Positions 1-15,300 of a stretch of 64,000 nt of DNA are shown here, in pieces (the stretch's first letter is position 1; the number at the start of each line of letters is the position of its first letter). The position numbers and the translations under genes are program-made. The notes beneath the pieces were generated by a model. The model saw nothing but the letters and a program-made list of their open reading frames with translations, was not told the DNA's origin and did no database searches. Source of the stretch: Azolla caroliniana (Eukaryota > Plantae > Polypodiophyta); contig JBHGNT010000018.1 of NCBI GenBank assembly GCA_043228905.1, forward strand, positions 2,418,001 to 2,482,000, written 5' to 3'.

Positions 1-277
1 TGATGTGATGGGTCTGATGGTAGAGTGTGCTGAACGATGGTTACAGTATAGAGAATGTTTTCCATTTTTGTTCTCTTTATATTCTGTGCATTAATATTAT
101 GTATTTTGACTGCAAACACAATATCTTCGTCTGATGACAACTTCTAAAGATAAAAAATGTATCCACATTTTAGAAGTATCATTTAGATGTATATTATAAT
201 GAATGTGGTTCCTTAATACCACCTAATGACATGTCAAATATAGTTCTGATGACATGTCAAATGTTTTTTCTATGCAG

Positions 278-3200
278 GCCCTGAGGAGCGTTGTACAGAT
301 GCTGAAAGAAGATAGCTTCCAGCCAGACTTATTTTGTGTAGCTCAAATCCTGAGGTATATCAAACATTGTTTCTAAATGTTTGCCATGATTCCCCAAAAT
401 GTCGGCTGTGAAACGGTACAGTCATCTCTTCTATTTCCTATGTTGGAAAATAGTGGTTCTTCAGTTTCAAAAGTTTTTAAATGTTGTATTATGTAAAATA
501 CATAATGATCATGATGACTCTGATTGATCTGGGTCTCTGTCTATAACTTGGGGTTCTTTATACATGTTGGATTTATTTTTTATATTTCGTCACCAAGAGC
601 ACATGCCGGGCATTAATACACATTTCTTATTCAATAACCTTATTATTTCTCCTATGTTCTGTCATGCTGGTAACTATTGATAGTTGCGCAGCTTTTTATG
701 CATGATCTTGTGCATGTAAAACTGTAACATGGTGATCTTTGAATGCCAGTGCATGTCATAAGATTCAAGTCAGGTTGTCCTGCTGTACATATTTCTTTTT
801 TAGTTCCTCTATAGTTGGCTGCTTCAGTTGAAACTACTGGCCCAGACTATGGTTGGGACAGAGGAAATGTTAATTGGAGCAGGCAAAGACATAGATATCG
901 GAAAGAACATGAAAGGCAAAGGCACTCTTCTGGATTGACACTGATGCCAAGAGATGAAAGATGGGGGCAGCTATGAGCATAGGGAAGAGAATTTGATAGC
1001 ATAGACATATTCTTGGTTGTGCGAGTTCTCCCATCTTGAATAAAAGTTGAAACACTTATAAGCTTTAAACTCACATGACAGCACACAAACCTCGTAAGAA
1101 GTTATTTTTTCAGCTGATAATTCTCTATACCTTAGAAGGACTTTAAGTTTTGTATAGATGCGCACGTGGTACAGTTGTGTTCACAATGTGATGGTGATTT
1201 ATTCCCTATATTCTTCAAGATTTCCATTTTCTAACTACACTTCTGTTTCACTGGTTATTGTCAAAGATCCCACAAATAAGTAATTTATATATGATTGCTT
1301 ATGTGGATTTGAATTTTAAGGACATGATTGAAATTGTCACATTGTTTTCAGGTGCATCTCCCTTATGATAATCTGTGATTTGATGCAGGTGCCACGTTGC
1401 ATGTCAAGAATATGGTGTTGCACTAAAGGCACTCAATGGCTATCTAAGTTCAGGTCGACCAGCACGAACTGAGTTGTTTGTTGTACGTGCCCCTCTACTT
1501 GAGATTCATAAGTATAATATTTTTCTTTAAGCTTTTTCTTGACTTCTTTTGCTGATTGGTTTTATGATTTACACACACATATGTGTCTAACGCATAAAAC
1601 CAATCAATAAAAAATGTGTGTATATAATATATGTACAAAATATATATCTTTTCAACGATTCCATGAATATATGTACTATATATTATATATATGCATGGAA
1701 TCGTAGACAAGATATAAAATTTTCTAGTGATCAGCTGTGTGTAAGCATCTCATCAGTGCATGATTTAGTCTGTTTTCATTTTGGAAATTTAAGGTATTCA
1801 TTCTGGAAGCCATGAAGGGATTTACAAGAGAAGGAATGGACACAGCTAAGAAGGTCTTGGTAAGCAGTTGAACCCCATATTTTTGCAGATGATTGAAATA
1901 ACAAAATTTCTGTTTTAACGACCATTAGGCAAATATATGTTTTAAAAAAAAAATGGTTATATTATATGAATGCTATATTTGCTGCATTTGAGTTGATTAA
2001 TGGTATAAGGACATTACACCTGTCCAAGAGGTCGCGTTGTATTAGTCTCTGTGGTGTTTAATTGCTTTTTTCAATGTGCCTTCTTGATCATTTCTGTGCT
2101 GGTGGTGTATATCTGATGACAAGTCTATTGCTTTACTTTCTATGAATTTTCACTATAAGTGAGATTCTTCATAAATGCACAATAATGTGCATGCATTTCT
2201 GTTTGTTTGTTTGTTTTGTTACAAGGTATTGCACAGATATGTTAAATAGTATATATGGATGAATTTATGGTATATCTGGAAATGTATATTTATCATAAAT
2301 AGGAAATAGTAGCCAGACACGAAAATGTTGATTGGCAGAGCCCTGTATTCATGAATTATGGTCAAAAACCATTTCGAAGAATTAACTAGAATAAATTCAG
2401 AGATATGCTGGTCATTGTTTCATGACTAGAACTTTGACCGTATTCATTTACATATTTACCGACGTGCAATACCATTGGCTGATGATATTGTCATGTAATG
2501 AATGTATGTATGTATGTAACGTTCATAACAACAAGACATAGGCACATGCATATATACATGTGATTACATACGTTATACATGCAATGCAAGGATCTGCACA
2601 AATGTGTATATGGGAGTGCATAAGACACTTCATGTTTATTGTATATTTCTAAAATTGGTTGTGGTGACATGGGCATCCATATGCATTGTATACTAGAAAT
2701 CTTATGTATTTGACTAAGTGATTTTATGTGCTTTTTTAGCAAGACATGCTGAACAGAGGTTTGCCAATCACGAACAAAATGCATAGTGATCTTCTGGAAT
2801 TGGCATCGCAGGAGCCGGTATAACTTTTATTTGAGATAAGGGCAATGCACTTATCTTTGCATTGAATGGTCCATTGGCACACTCCCGTAAATCTATCCAC
2901 TTGTTATGCAGGGAGGAGACTTCTCCATGGCCAATCTGCTATTTGATCTCATGCAGAAGCGCAAAGTGAATTTACCTAGAAGGATTATTGACATGTACTT
3001 TCGAGGGTTGAAGGTAAGAAGTGATAGTACAACATATCGGTTATGTTTGCTTAATCAGAGACATAATTATTTGCACATATATTTAGTATATATGTATATT
3101 TAATCATTGCATTTGTTGAAGAACGTGATAGTCCAATCTGTTTGAAGCATGTGTATGCCTATGCCTTTTGGTCTTTTGTATGAATGTTTTATTTTTTTGC

Positions 3201-3316
3201 TACAGCGACGACAAATTCCAGAAGGTGATCCTCGTCTCAAGATGGTAACAGACATTATGAACCGAAGGCTTCCTCTTAGAGTGGGAGCAGCACAACAGAT
3301 GCAATTGGAGGCATAA
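278..3316 (+). CDS. Pentatricopeptide-repeat protein, At4g35850-like (mitochondrial); 3' exons only, gene begins upstream or at the window edge
   Basis: GT-AG exons join to ALRSVVQMLKEDSFQPDLFCVAQILR-CHVACQEYGVALKALNGYLSSGRPARTELFV-VFILEAMKGFTREGMDTAKKVL-QDMLNRGLPITNKMHSDLLELASQEP-GGDFSMANLLFDLMQKRKVNLPRRIIDMYFRGLK-RRQIPEGDPRLKMV...EA* (TAA 3314-3316). This resembles the recalled At4g35850 C-terminus (GGYTVANMIWDLM...YKGLKEREIPEDDPRL). Confidence 0.75.
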
Positions 3317-5042
3317 TGATCAGAATGTAGATGATGATGTGCACACATTAAAAGACAAGAAATGGGTTGGTTTGTTTGTCTTGGATTTTGTGCCAATATT
3401 TGAACTAAAAATTCATTACTAAATAGTTTCTTATTCTTGGTTTTTCAATGAGTATTTTAATTTAAGACTTGCATAATTAAGGCTACCTATTTGAATCATG
3501 TATGTGCATGAATGGATCATGGTGTCCTTTTTTTTGAAGAACTTTACTCTAGGTGAAAAAGCAACCAGAGGACTAGTCAATGAAGGGCATCTCATTAACT
3601 TATGAAGTTAAGCAGGTAGAGATCGCGATACGCTTGCGTGATAGTGGTATACACATTTATCGCAGATGGCGACTATTGCTTCAAGAGAGAGAGCCTTTGT
3701 GTGGATAGCTAAGCTATCTTCAAGTAGAGGATTGTTGCTCAAAGCACTGTTATCTCATAAACCACGAGCTTTTTGGACTGTCATTCAATGTAATAAGAGA
3801 ACCTGTTGTGAGGGTAGCTATAGCTGTGTGGTGAAGAACATACCTACCTATCCAATTAATAATTGTCTATTCCACTCATCTCCACGAATATATGACTAAT
3901 TTCTTTCTCATCAATGCTCAGTTTCCAAGTAGCTAATGTGTGAAAGGCAATGTGCTTATGTGTTATGACCAAGAAAAATTCTAGTACAAAGGTTGAGACA
4001 ATATTCATTTGCCATCTTAATCTTTATTTGAATGGATGTTCTCCATTGGGCTAGTTTTTAGGTGTTCGAGACTGTATCTCTGATTCAATATGTTTTTATA
4101 ACTAGCCATGAAGTATAGGAAGCAAATTAATGTGAAAAGTTAAGCATGTTAAGATATAGATAATAAGCTATGCTGAGAGTGGGATAAATGCATGTCTTTG
4201 ACATGCATTTAACGTGGAACATTCTCCTTTTACTGCACGTGTGCACTATAAAGTTTGATATCAAGGTTGGACATCATAAGAATGCAAAATTACCGAGGAA
4301 TACTAAAGGATGTAAAAATAAATCTCAAAATTTAGGTGGAAGCAAATCAGGCTATTCAAGCCTACAAATTGTGTACCACCAGAGTAATATGGCCTAGAGA
4401 AATGTGAAAAAAAAGTTCCAGAACCCGGAAGCTCTTACTTCTGGTCATGGGTAAAATGGGATAACTACCATAAGTCATTACAGCAATGGGAATTCATCAA
4501 TGAGCTAGCTAAATCTCCTAGATAAGCATTCCATTTTTGTGAAGTAAATTAAAACCATCTTGATAATGCATGATTTAATCTGTTGCTACTTATAGTAATA
4601 TTAGAATGAGTAAATATAACATAAATGAAAATTTTAGTGTAAAATATCAACCATGGTTTGAATTTACCCTTTTGGGAGAAATGGGGTATTAGGTACATAT
4701 GCAAAGTTGAACTTGTGCACAACATTCTCATCGTTGGAAGGGTATATATTCATAAACTTTTCCATCATTGGGGATATTATTGGCTCAAAGCAAATACCGC
4801 TTCTTCGGATCGATGCCCTTTGATGCTCTCATTATTTCCCAGAACACCATTGGTGAGATCCCCATGCGGAGAAATATCATACGTGCAAGCCTAGTGATTT
4901 AAAATCAAATTGTCAATTCAGCTCTTAGTCTTCTCAATTTGGGATGGCAGATTGAGACGATTCAGCAGTCCATATTATAGCCTCTCCGCATGTATGATGG
5001 TGAGGCGGAGCCATTGGGACCGAGATCACCAAGGTAATGAAT

Positions 5043-5146
5043 AGGAATCAGCAACGGCTCGGCTCAAAGCCTAAACCGAGCCGTCAAACCGTTTAAAACA
5101 GGTTTGGCAGTTCGGTTCAGGCTTGAGCTTCCCAAACCGAACCTGA
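5043..5146. mobile_element. Short non-autonomous DNA-transposon (hAT/MITE-like) terminal remnant
   Basis: Cluster of AACCG/CGGTT/CCGAGC motifs. TCAGCAACGGCTCG resembles the reverse complement of the end of the 61350-61706 element (TCGGCAACGGTTCG). Confidence 0.35.
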
Positions 5147-5279
5147 ATGTATTATCAGGAAAGTTCCTTTGTATTTTCCATGTATGTATGTGTGTGCGCG
5201 TGTGTGTTTTGCGAAGAGTCTCTAAAAATGAAAAGAGAGGATTAAATTTCTGTTCTCGTTCTTCTTCTTATAAGTTTTC

Positions 5280-8200
5280 ATGGGATCCTTACGCTTATCT
5301 GCTACCGCAGCAGCAGCAGCAGCTATGGTGGCTTCTCAACCAATTCTCGTTTCTTCTTCTTCTTCTTCGTCTTCTTCTTATTGTTCTCTATGGAACTCCT
5401 CCTCTGCTTCTCTTCGGTCACTATTCGTTCATGGTAAATTTGTCCTCTCTCCCGTCATCACTTACTTTGTCCTGTACTTGCCCGATACTCTCGACTGTTG
5501 ACCTTGCTCCTGATTCTTGATTCATTCTCTTCACTTTGTATGTATGTGTTCGTGTGTGTGTATGAATTTAAGCATGTAGCCCCTAAACTCTAAACCCTCG
5601 ACCCTCAACCCAAACCCTAATTCTTCATTTTGTATGTTCAGGTGAAAGGAAGAAGCCTTTTCATCTCTCTATCGTCTCTAGGAAGAGGTCTGGATTCGCT
5701 GAGATCCTGTTTAACAAAAGGTACTGCATTTATGTCGATTCCTTTGTGTTAATAGCAACGCAGAATATATATCTTTTTTCTTTTTTGGAGAAGCAGACTA
5801 CATTTAAATATTTTCGTGGGTCCTTGGCAGCTCACGTTTCAAGAGCGTTGGCAAAATATGCATTTGATATGAGTCTATTAGGAGTTGTTAGTTCATGGTC
5901 AGAGATAGGCCAATTAGCTTTAGTGTGGCCTTGTGGAACTTCAGTCTGGGCGGTTATGGTTAGTTCATATCCAGGGATAGGTCAACCATTGAACTATGAA
6001 CACCTTAAATCTGAATAGATATGTTTTGGTCAAGGCCATTTGGCTGAGGTCTAATTAATTAGTTCACACCTAGAGATAGGGAAGCTGTTATTCACGGGAA
6101 ATATTGTTAGCTATGGTATGGACATGGACGTGAACCTTTTTAACTTTTCCTTGTGTTAAATCAATGTAAAGGGCTGGCTAACCTGGGGACGCTTCGTGAT
6201 TGTGTTCATGAAACAGTGTCACAAGTTTATGTGTAAACATGTGCAGAAATGTGTTGTGAAGATGAGGTGCGGAATAAGAGTAGGATGGTAACCTGCGTCC
6301 AAAGACCAATCATTTGGTTTGTAATGGAATCCTTATAAAGGTGTAAAGCTAGGCTGCAGCAATGGTAGTCATAATGATGGAAGTATGATTTGGATGCACA
6401 CAAGAAGACCTCAATAAAAAAGTTCAACTCACCCTCGCTGTACTCTGCGGACATTAACTGTGCACAGTTCCTAGGGTAGCTTGAAGTTATGCATAGAGGA
6501 CGCTAGTCTTCTGCACCATTTCTTTAGTGAATTGGTACAGCAAGTCTCCTAGTACTGTGATTTTACTTAAGGTCTTAGCATCTGTTGTATTGGGCTTGGG
6601 AGAACTGCTTTCTAGCTTTAATCATTCATTATATTAATCCTTGCATAATTAACGCTGATCTGTTATTTAGGAGATATATTTATATGAAAAAAGTGGAGCC
6701 TTTCTCTCATCATTTGTAAAAGAAAAGCTCTTCTGCAGACTTTCAGACAAGGAGAACGCACTCAAGAACTCAAAAAGAACACCATTAAAGCAAGGAACAG
6801 TTTCACCTCGGCTACCTGTGCCTGAACATATCATGCGACCACCTTATGTTTCAACTATTAAACTCCCTGATTTCTCAATTCTGCCTCAAACTCATGATAA
6901 TCAAGGAATAGAATGCATGAGAGCTTCAGGCCGTCTTGCTGCTGAAGTATTAAACTATGCTGGAACCTTAGTGAAGGTTAGTTTCTTTTTCCTTGTGAAA
7001 TCTTGCAATCAATAATGCAAGATTAATTCAAGAGTTTGCCTTTATTTATTCATAGATTTATCCCTGGAAAAATTTAGTTTCTCTGATCCCAAATTTATAA
7101 AAACATGCCCGAGAGTGTTGAGAATATATCTTCGAATTAGAATTGTGAAGTTCTTTATGAGACTTGCACATAATTTAATAGACATTATTTCATTGAAGCC
7201 AGAAATTGGCTATATTCAACTGTAGGTTAATCGTTACTGATGATCAGGTACATCTATAGTATGGAAGTTAGAAACTATAAATGATACTTTAGCCATAATC
7301 AGGATCTCTGTACAAAATGAAATTGAAAACTATCATTGCATATAAAGTATAGGTATAGGTTTGTCTTCATGGGCCACATCCATATTTGGCATTGCTAACC
7401 CTGATATCTGGATGTTTTGGCAAGATTAATTTGTATAATTCCACAGCCTTTCAGTCTGCATATAGGAATGCAAAAACACTGGGGGAACACACTAACATTT
7501 GAACAGAATATTCTTCATGCACAAGAAGATTATGTTGAACCTTGTAAAATTATATTCACATTTACTATTTGAACTTAAGTGGATTACATTGAATTTTTCT
7601 TGGGATTTTGATGTTTTTTGTTCTCTTTTGAAATGTTAGCTCAGTGGATAAAATAATATTCATACTTTCTGTGTATTTACAAGGAGCTACATGGGTTATT
7701 ATTTTCTCATAAAGTGGCCATTTTGCACTGCACAGCCAGGTGTGACAACAGATGAAATAGATAAAGCTGTTCATAAAATGATTATTGAGGCTGGGGCATA
7801 TCCTTCACCATTGGGATATGGTGGTTTTCCAAAGAGTGTATGTACATCGGTAAATGAATGTATCTGCCATGGTATACCAGACTCTCGACCTTTGGAGGTT
7901 TTTATCGTTAACCTGTCTTTTGGCTTCAAAAGTGTTAACCTGGTTTGAGAGAGTGTTAAGTTCCCATTCATTAGATTGCATTTATGTGATGCAGGATGGA
8001 GATATTATCAACATAGATGTGACAGTGTACTTGAATGTAAGCGTGATTAAAATTTGATTGGAAGTCAACATTAATAATAGCCATCTAAGTGCTTTTCTCT
8101 TGTCAGGGATATCATGGCGATACTTCAAAGACGTTTTTGTGTGGAAATGTTGATGATGAAGCCAAGAAGTTGGTAGAGGTTTGTTTCATGACTTCCAAAG

Positions 8201-9391
8201 CCATTCATATGTGTGCAACAAAGAATCTATTCATATGTGTGCAACAAAGAAACCATACAAGTCTGTCTTATGTCAAGAGTATTAAAAGGTTCCTTTATAG
8301 ATGTATGTGTATCATCTGCTGGAGTTATATTTTGGTTGGAGCTGAAACGTTGAAATTGTCCTCTGTAACATGGCTCATAGCTTCCATAACTCAGTTGTTT
8401 AGAAATTCTGAAGTTCTAGTATGTAACTTTGAGTCTAGTTTGACAATCGAATATCATATAAAAGGGTATTACTGAGACCTCTCATATATGATGATGGATT
8501 CTAATAGATAAATAATTATGTGTGAGTAGTGTCATGATGTGCAGCACATCTCCAAGGATTGAACTGTGATATCTTTATGTCCATTTCATCTTCTTATGCC
8601 AATCATAACTATTTCTCATAGGTTACACGCACGAGTTTGGAGAAAGCAATCGCAATTTGTGGCCCTGGGGTAGAGTACAAGAAAATAGGAAAGACAATAC
8701 AGTAAGTATTATTGTGGGGTACATAGTGTATGTACAGGTTCTACTTCAAATTTGCATCTGGAGGGAACTAAAATATGGTTATATGCTATTGCATTTTGAC
8801 ACCACTTAATTTTATTTGTGATTAGTTGATCAGTCTCTTTTGAAGTGGAAATCTCAGTTTATAAGGTTTTATCTTTTATGTCTTAATGAAGGACCCTTAC
8901 GAATATGTATAACACAACCTTGGTCTTTTGTATGATTGCTGGGTGATCAAATCCATCTTAGAACAAAAAGAAATCCAGGTATAATTTCAGACGTTTTGTT
9001 TTGTAGTGATCATGCAGATACATATGGCTATGGTGTGGTGAAACACTTTGTTGGTCATGGAGTAGGCAAAATTTTCCATTCTTCTCCAACAATCTTACAT
9101 TATCGAAACAACAATGGTGGACGAATGGTGGTTGGTCAAACCTTTACAATAGGTATGTTTTTCTTTTAACATAAATATATCTCGATTTCAATCCACAGAG
9201 ACAGATGCTACAAAAGCTGAATAATTTTGTATTAAATGCTCACAGAACCAATGCTGACAATAGGAAGCATTGATGATGAGATTTGGGATGATAATTGGAC
9301 TGTTGTCACAGCAGATGGTAGTCTCTCAGCTCAATTTGAGCATACATTGCTCATCACCGAACATGGAGCTGAGATCTTGACTCTGGCTTAA
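5280..9391 (+). CDS. MAP1D: Methionine aminopeptidase type 1, organellar (MAP1D-like), 9 exons, Ser/Ala-rich N-terminal transit peptide
   Basis: Exons approx. 5280-5433, 5642-5720, 6739-6976, 7736-7897, 7995-8036, 8107-8178, 8622-8702, 9007-9152, 9246-9391. Motifs [65 protein letters not shown] and [11 protein letters not shown] supply the metal ligands. Confidence 0.95.
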
Positions 9392-10219
9392 GAGTGCCAA
9401 CCTCACTATACCAGTTGTTAATTTCAGCTAAATTTGAACAGAAATAAGCGTTGGTTTTAGTATAGCTAAGTATCTATGATTCTTACGGTAAATGCTCCCC
9501 ACATTTGGCTAGGAGTATATTGTTTCTCTATAGGACTTCTAGTTGGATCAGTACATTTCTAAAAAAGGCAAACCAATATCCAAATGGATTCAGGCCTTGA
9601 TTTATACATCATTTTCCTTGTATAAAATTACATTTATTTGTTTTATTTTCTAAGAAGTGTTTCTTGATTGTAATATAAATCTTTCACCTTGGGATATTAT
9701 TTGAAATTAACAAGATTCTGATTTGATGATTTTTTTGTATACAGTACTGGTCTGAAACGTCATGATTTTGGGAAATTTATTTGACGTTATTTTTGTCCTT
9801 TCTAAAATAGGATAGATTGGTAGTTTTATCCAAGTGATAAAAAGGACTCAATGGTTTATTCAGAAGAATCTGAAGTTTTTCATTGATAGGGTAGAAATAA
9901 TATTAGAATTATTATATCTGATTTGCATTGCAAGATTGTTAAAGGCATATCACAGTGCTGGTATAAATTCGGAAAATTGGGAAACCATGTATAAATTCTG
10001 TGAAATGTGTCTAATTTTCTCTCCATAGGGATCTTATTGGTGAGAAGTGGAAATTAGGGTTGCATTTATCTTGGTTTGTTTCACATCTTTTGTCAGAAAA
10101 TAAGCACACCTTGGATGCTAGTGATTATAGTCATGTTTATAAATGTGCAAGTTCAGGCTAGTGTGAAAGATATGGTCTAGAAATGAGTGGATGGTTTCTA
10201 GCCTCTCTTCTCTTTTAGG

Positions 10220-10570
10220 TGTTGATGGGTCGGGGGTGGAGCCATTCTCCCAAAGGGGTCGAGCGTGAGGGGAAAAGAGAGAGAAAGAGACACACAGACA
10301 ATAACTTAGAGAGGAACTTCTATTATCTTTCATTCATGCCCATATGGGGTTATATAGGTACATGAGGGTTACAAATCAAGAACATACAATGAGACATGTA
10401 AGGTAGTTACATACACAACTTACCCACACTCTTTCATATTTACCCACATGCACACACATGTACATGTGTTCATACACTGTACACATACAACCATACTTAC
10501 ATTCACACTTACTCTTGTGCACACTCACCCATCGTCATACCTCTCATATGGATAATATTAGTATATAACA
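10220..10570. mobile_element. Possible solo LTR
   Basis: Bounded by TGTT...AACA with LTR-like CA/TG-rich composition. No matching target-site duplication seen. Confidence 0.25.
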
Positions 10571-11717
10571 CAAGTCGGTTTCTCCAATGTCTTCAATAGA
10601 AGTGGCAATCTAAAGTCTTTCTTCAACAATGCTCTCAACTCATCAAGTTTGATGACCACCAAAGTTTGTGTTATTCCCTTCACTATCTCCCAACAAACCA
10701 AGGGTTTTGAAAATAGAATTGGTAGGGTGAAGGTTAGTTTAGGAAATATTCAGCTTAAGGTGATTTGAGTCACTTATGTAAAGGCAATGTAGAGTTCATC
10801 GAAACACCGACGGACTGTATGTTCGTTTCCACTAAGTTTGAAATGGAAAGGGTTCATAATAAACGGGGCAAAACTATACAACTTATAGAAATGACAAGTT
10901 TGTCCTTTTCTTTTTTGTTAGAATGTGTTGAAAACCATTACTCGTTGAATACTAAATGCAACTAAGGCGCCAATACACTTAGTCATGATTCCTGGCCTAA
11001 CAAAGAGAACTATTATTAATCATGGTTATCTGAAGAGAAAGAGAATCTTTTTTGCCAATGCTATGTCATCTCTCAAGTGTGATAAGTAAGAAAGTTAGGA
11101 GTCCTCAATCGACCCAACATCTAACTTCTATTGTATTGAATGTAACTATTCAAAAAGTTGACTCTAGTGTTAAGGATTGACCTTTGTCAGTGTCTAAAGG
11201 CTCCAAGAGGATATTATTTTGCTAAGAACAAGTTGGTATGTGTGAAGGGATAAGTGAATTATAGGCTTGTTTACTTGGATTCCACTTATAGCCATCTCCC
11301 TATGTTTACTTATAAGTGATAAGTGTGACGATTGTTGAAGTCCTAAGAATTCAAGAAGATCCATCTCCCTATGTTTATACTATAGAATGCCCAATGTCAA
11401 GAGAAAAATTAGTTTCGAATTAGTTTCGACTGTAAGGTAGTTGTCATAAACCTAGTCATGCAAGATTATTTAAAATAGCTTGATTTTAACAACATGAATT
11501 TGTTATGCTTTGATGTCATTCTCAACAAGATGTGGAATGCAAGTAAGAAGCCATTGATCAATTTCATGCCATGTGTTTTAGTTTGATCATAAAGGCTAGC
11601 ATGTAGTTATTCACGTTGTAGCCTACATGTCATAGACCGCACTCATCCATGCAACTAAGCTAGACATGAAGATAGAACGTAAATAAGCTTATTGATGTTC
11701 CATTGCTATGGTAGTGG

Positions 11718-11848
11718 AAAGTCCAAATTAAGTTATTATGTAGTTTACTTCTAGTTTAATCAAGTCTTTACTCCTATTGATGGCAAAGTCCAAATTAAGT
11801 TATTATGTAGTTTACTTCTAGTTTAATCAAGTCTTTACTCCTATTGAT
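11718..11848. repeat. Direct tandem duplication, period 67 bp
   Basis: AAAGTCCAAATTAAGTTATTATGTAGTTTACTTCTAGTTTAATCAAGTCTTTACTCCTATTGAT occurs at 11718 and 11785. Confidence 0.9.
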
Positions 11849-12313
11849 AACAAACTCTCTGATTAAGCAATTGATCACAATTCTATTCATGAAATTTGCT
11901 TTTAAATATGGTTTGAAAGTGGAGATCTTGAGGATATCATCCTTTTAATGGAAAAAGCCTGTTTCTGTATTCTTTTTTTTCCTAGGTACGAGAAAGTTTT
12001 TTATTATGAAGAATTAACACCATATAAATTTTGGCAATTCTTTTTTGTGGGCATGGTTTTAATGACAAAGATTGTTTGGATGACAATACGAAATTGAATT
12101 TCACCTTGAACAATAAAATGTTGTAAATTTTAAACTTTTAATCTGATCACTACCAAAACCCCGCAAATATCAGTGTTCTTAACAAATGGCAGAATCAATG
12201 TCGAAAAACGATATACATTTCAATTGATGCTGTTGTATTACATTGTGATCTTCCTTGATATGTCTTCAATGTCAATGTCAATGTCAATGTTGATGTGATG
12301 TGAATGTAAATGT

Positions 12314-15300
12314 TCAAAGACCTTGAAAAGCCTCAGTTCTCAACTTCTCCAGCACTTCTGAATGGGTTCTAGTTAGTTTCTCCTCTGATTTTTCATCTAA
12401 GCCCGATGTTTTGCTCTGCAACTCTAAAGATGCATCTCTGGAAGGACCCAACAAACCTCTATCAAGAGATGGGTCCGAAGATCCACCCCGATTCACAAAC
12501 CTCTTTATCAATCCTCTTAGAAATGGAGCCATGGTATCAGGTTCATTTTCCAAAAAATACATAATGCCTCCCATGCAGAGGCAAAATAGTGCTACCTGAA
12601 CATATATTTAGTATATACAATACACACAATATCCACAATTTTAAAATCGAGAAGCTAACATAAGCCGTTAATGTGTACACAGCCTTAAATGAATTTTAAA
12701 CATACCAAATAAATTGTTAACATAGGGCCCAAAACCCTAACTATTTGACTATTTACCAGAACACCCTTTGGTTTTAAAACTAATTGCCAGGGTATCCTAC
12801 TTTATTCTGGTTTTGTTTTAAAATTAAGGAGAGGTATTATAAGTAAACAGAAAAATATCCAACTACTTGGGTATATTTTTTAGGTATTTTTCCCTTACAC
12901 ATGAATTTATCTTTTGCTTGTTATATATATAGTATGCAACTTACTTCAGCATGCCTGATTTTTGGTAGAAGATGCCTGTTCACTAATATATACCATAGAG
13001 AATCCGCTGCACGAGGAAGTACATACAATGCCAATTCTGTTCTACGGCTTTTCTTCTCCAAGAGAACCGATAATGCTGCTATTGCACCCCCAAACCAGTA
13101 AACTAACTTGTGGTCCCTGACGGCAATCTTCCGTTGCAAGCATATATAGCTCTGTTCTCAAGTTTTAAGAGCAAAAAATTAAGAAAGAGGAATGGTCCTT
13201 CCTGTCAGACAATGAAGTAAAATTCCAATTCATCATCGACCATAAATACCTGATATATTCCAACGAACGAGGACAAGAAACACGTAGACCGAAAGGCTCC
13301 CTTAAAAGCATTCCAAAAGGTATGCAAAGGCGCTTGCATGAACTACAATGTGACAAGAACACTATATCATTAGATAGCACACCATACAATCACAATGAAA
13401 CATGAAAAAATTGAGTGACATGAGGATGCACAATTGCCCTTACAATATCCAATGTGACCAGTGAAACGGGACAAATACACTTGAGAAGTTTTGCCACAAA
13501 CAAAGGAAATGATCACATTCAGTCATTTCTACTTTCTAAGAGAACTACAGAAAAACAAAATTCAGAGAAGCATAGGCTAGAACACGTTCAGTAAATTAAG
13601 GGAATTGTTGTGATTTGAACACAAGCACATGTATTACTAAATTTATGCCAAATAAAAATAAAAAATTTTAAAATAACTGAATGCTCACCTTTTGTAGATT
13701 CAAGACTACAAAAGGCACAAATGTTAACGACATGTAAAGTGGAAATGTTTTTTTGAATGTTGAATGTGTTGCTTTGACAATCTGCTTTGTGCAAAATGCT
13801 GTGTCTGGATGTATTGCTGCACAAGGAATAAGCTGACAATGTGGATCCAAATCTATGTCTACACCACCATTTCTGCTCAAAACAAAAGCTGATAAAGCTG
13901 CAATATTAATGGGTTCATTTCTACAACTCTCATGAACTGCCTTCAACGCAGGTTTCGCAATTGGACCTGTTCTCACAATGAACTCAAGATATGACTCGGG
14001 TAATGTCTCTGGCCGCATAACATAAGCATACATTACCTGCAAAGGATAGCATCTGACTATTTGCATTGATTTTCTAAAGAAAAGGTAAAGTTCAAATCTT
14101 TACCTGAGCACAAGCCAAAGAAAATAATAAAGAATCTCCATGCTGCCACTGACTTCCCCAAAAGTGAAACTTCTTCTTTGATTTAGCTGAGTTGTAGATA
14201 CACTAATAAAGTAAAAAAATGCATTGTGTCACTATAATGATAGTAAGATATGGTATAGGCATGCAAAATATTAATGAGATTTCACCTGACCAAGTCTGGC
14301 CAGAAGGTATAGTGCAAAAGTGCGCCTCCTACTAGTATCATTCAAGGCTAGTATGGAAAGACCAGCAACAGAACCCGCAAAGAACCTGTACCCAGGCAAC
14401 AGATGTCGTTACTTAACAGGGATGATGAAATCATTTTCTTTCATTTGAATCATTGAGATACTCAAAATTCCACATACTCATTGAAAGAAGTTTCTTTTTT
14501 CCTCATCCTCCGCAGAGCACACCGCATACCATGGTAACAGCCTGTAAAACCTCCAAATAGTAAGCCAATCCGGCATGCTTCTTCCCTCACAATGAGATCC
14601 TTCTCCGACACCAAGAGCTGAAAAAACCAATAGATTCTTCACACAATGTCATTTACCTAAAAAGGACAAAGATACACCTTTGTCAATTCAATCTTGAACA
14701 ATTTAAATGTGGGTGGCCTCAATATGTTCAAAGCTTTTCAAACTAAGATTTGATACTACAAAATGATATGTTTATGGAGCATTCTGATAACAAACTGGCT
14801 CCTCAGTATGTTCAACGCCTCTCTGACCTTGGACGTGCATTGTAAAAACATGCAGATTCAAGACTTGACACAAAATCTGTTTTGCTCATGACAATCACAT
14901 TTTCCTCCTCCAAGCCTTAAAATCTATCTGAGTGATTGGTTGTCTTGTTGTGCTTAGGATCTCAAAGGAATCCAATACTCCGGTAACATTGAGAATTCCA
15001 CATGTAAACTGTATAATTGAGCTTTGCTTTGGTGAATGCTAATTCAAATCCTTAAGATTGTTCCATTTGTTGATGCGACCGTAATTTTCTTACACTTTTT
15101 TTCCTGATAAGAACTCAGTTATTTCTAAGCCACAATACCATACAACTTTACTTTATTCCCAATAGATCATGGACTAGATTACAAGATTGAATAAATGCCC
15201 AGCAAAGAACTACACCTGTTCAACTTTGTGAGTACAAGGGTGGCAATTAGGTAGACAGTATGCTAATAAGAGTGTATCAACATGCTGATAGAAAATGTGC

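Noticed and set aside
815-851. Small exon-like segment in the PPR gene intron
   Set aside because: Flanking exons already join in frame and match the homologue without it.
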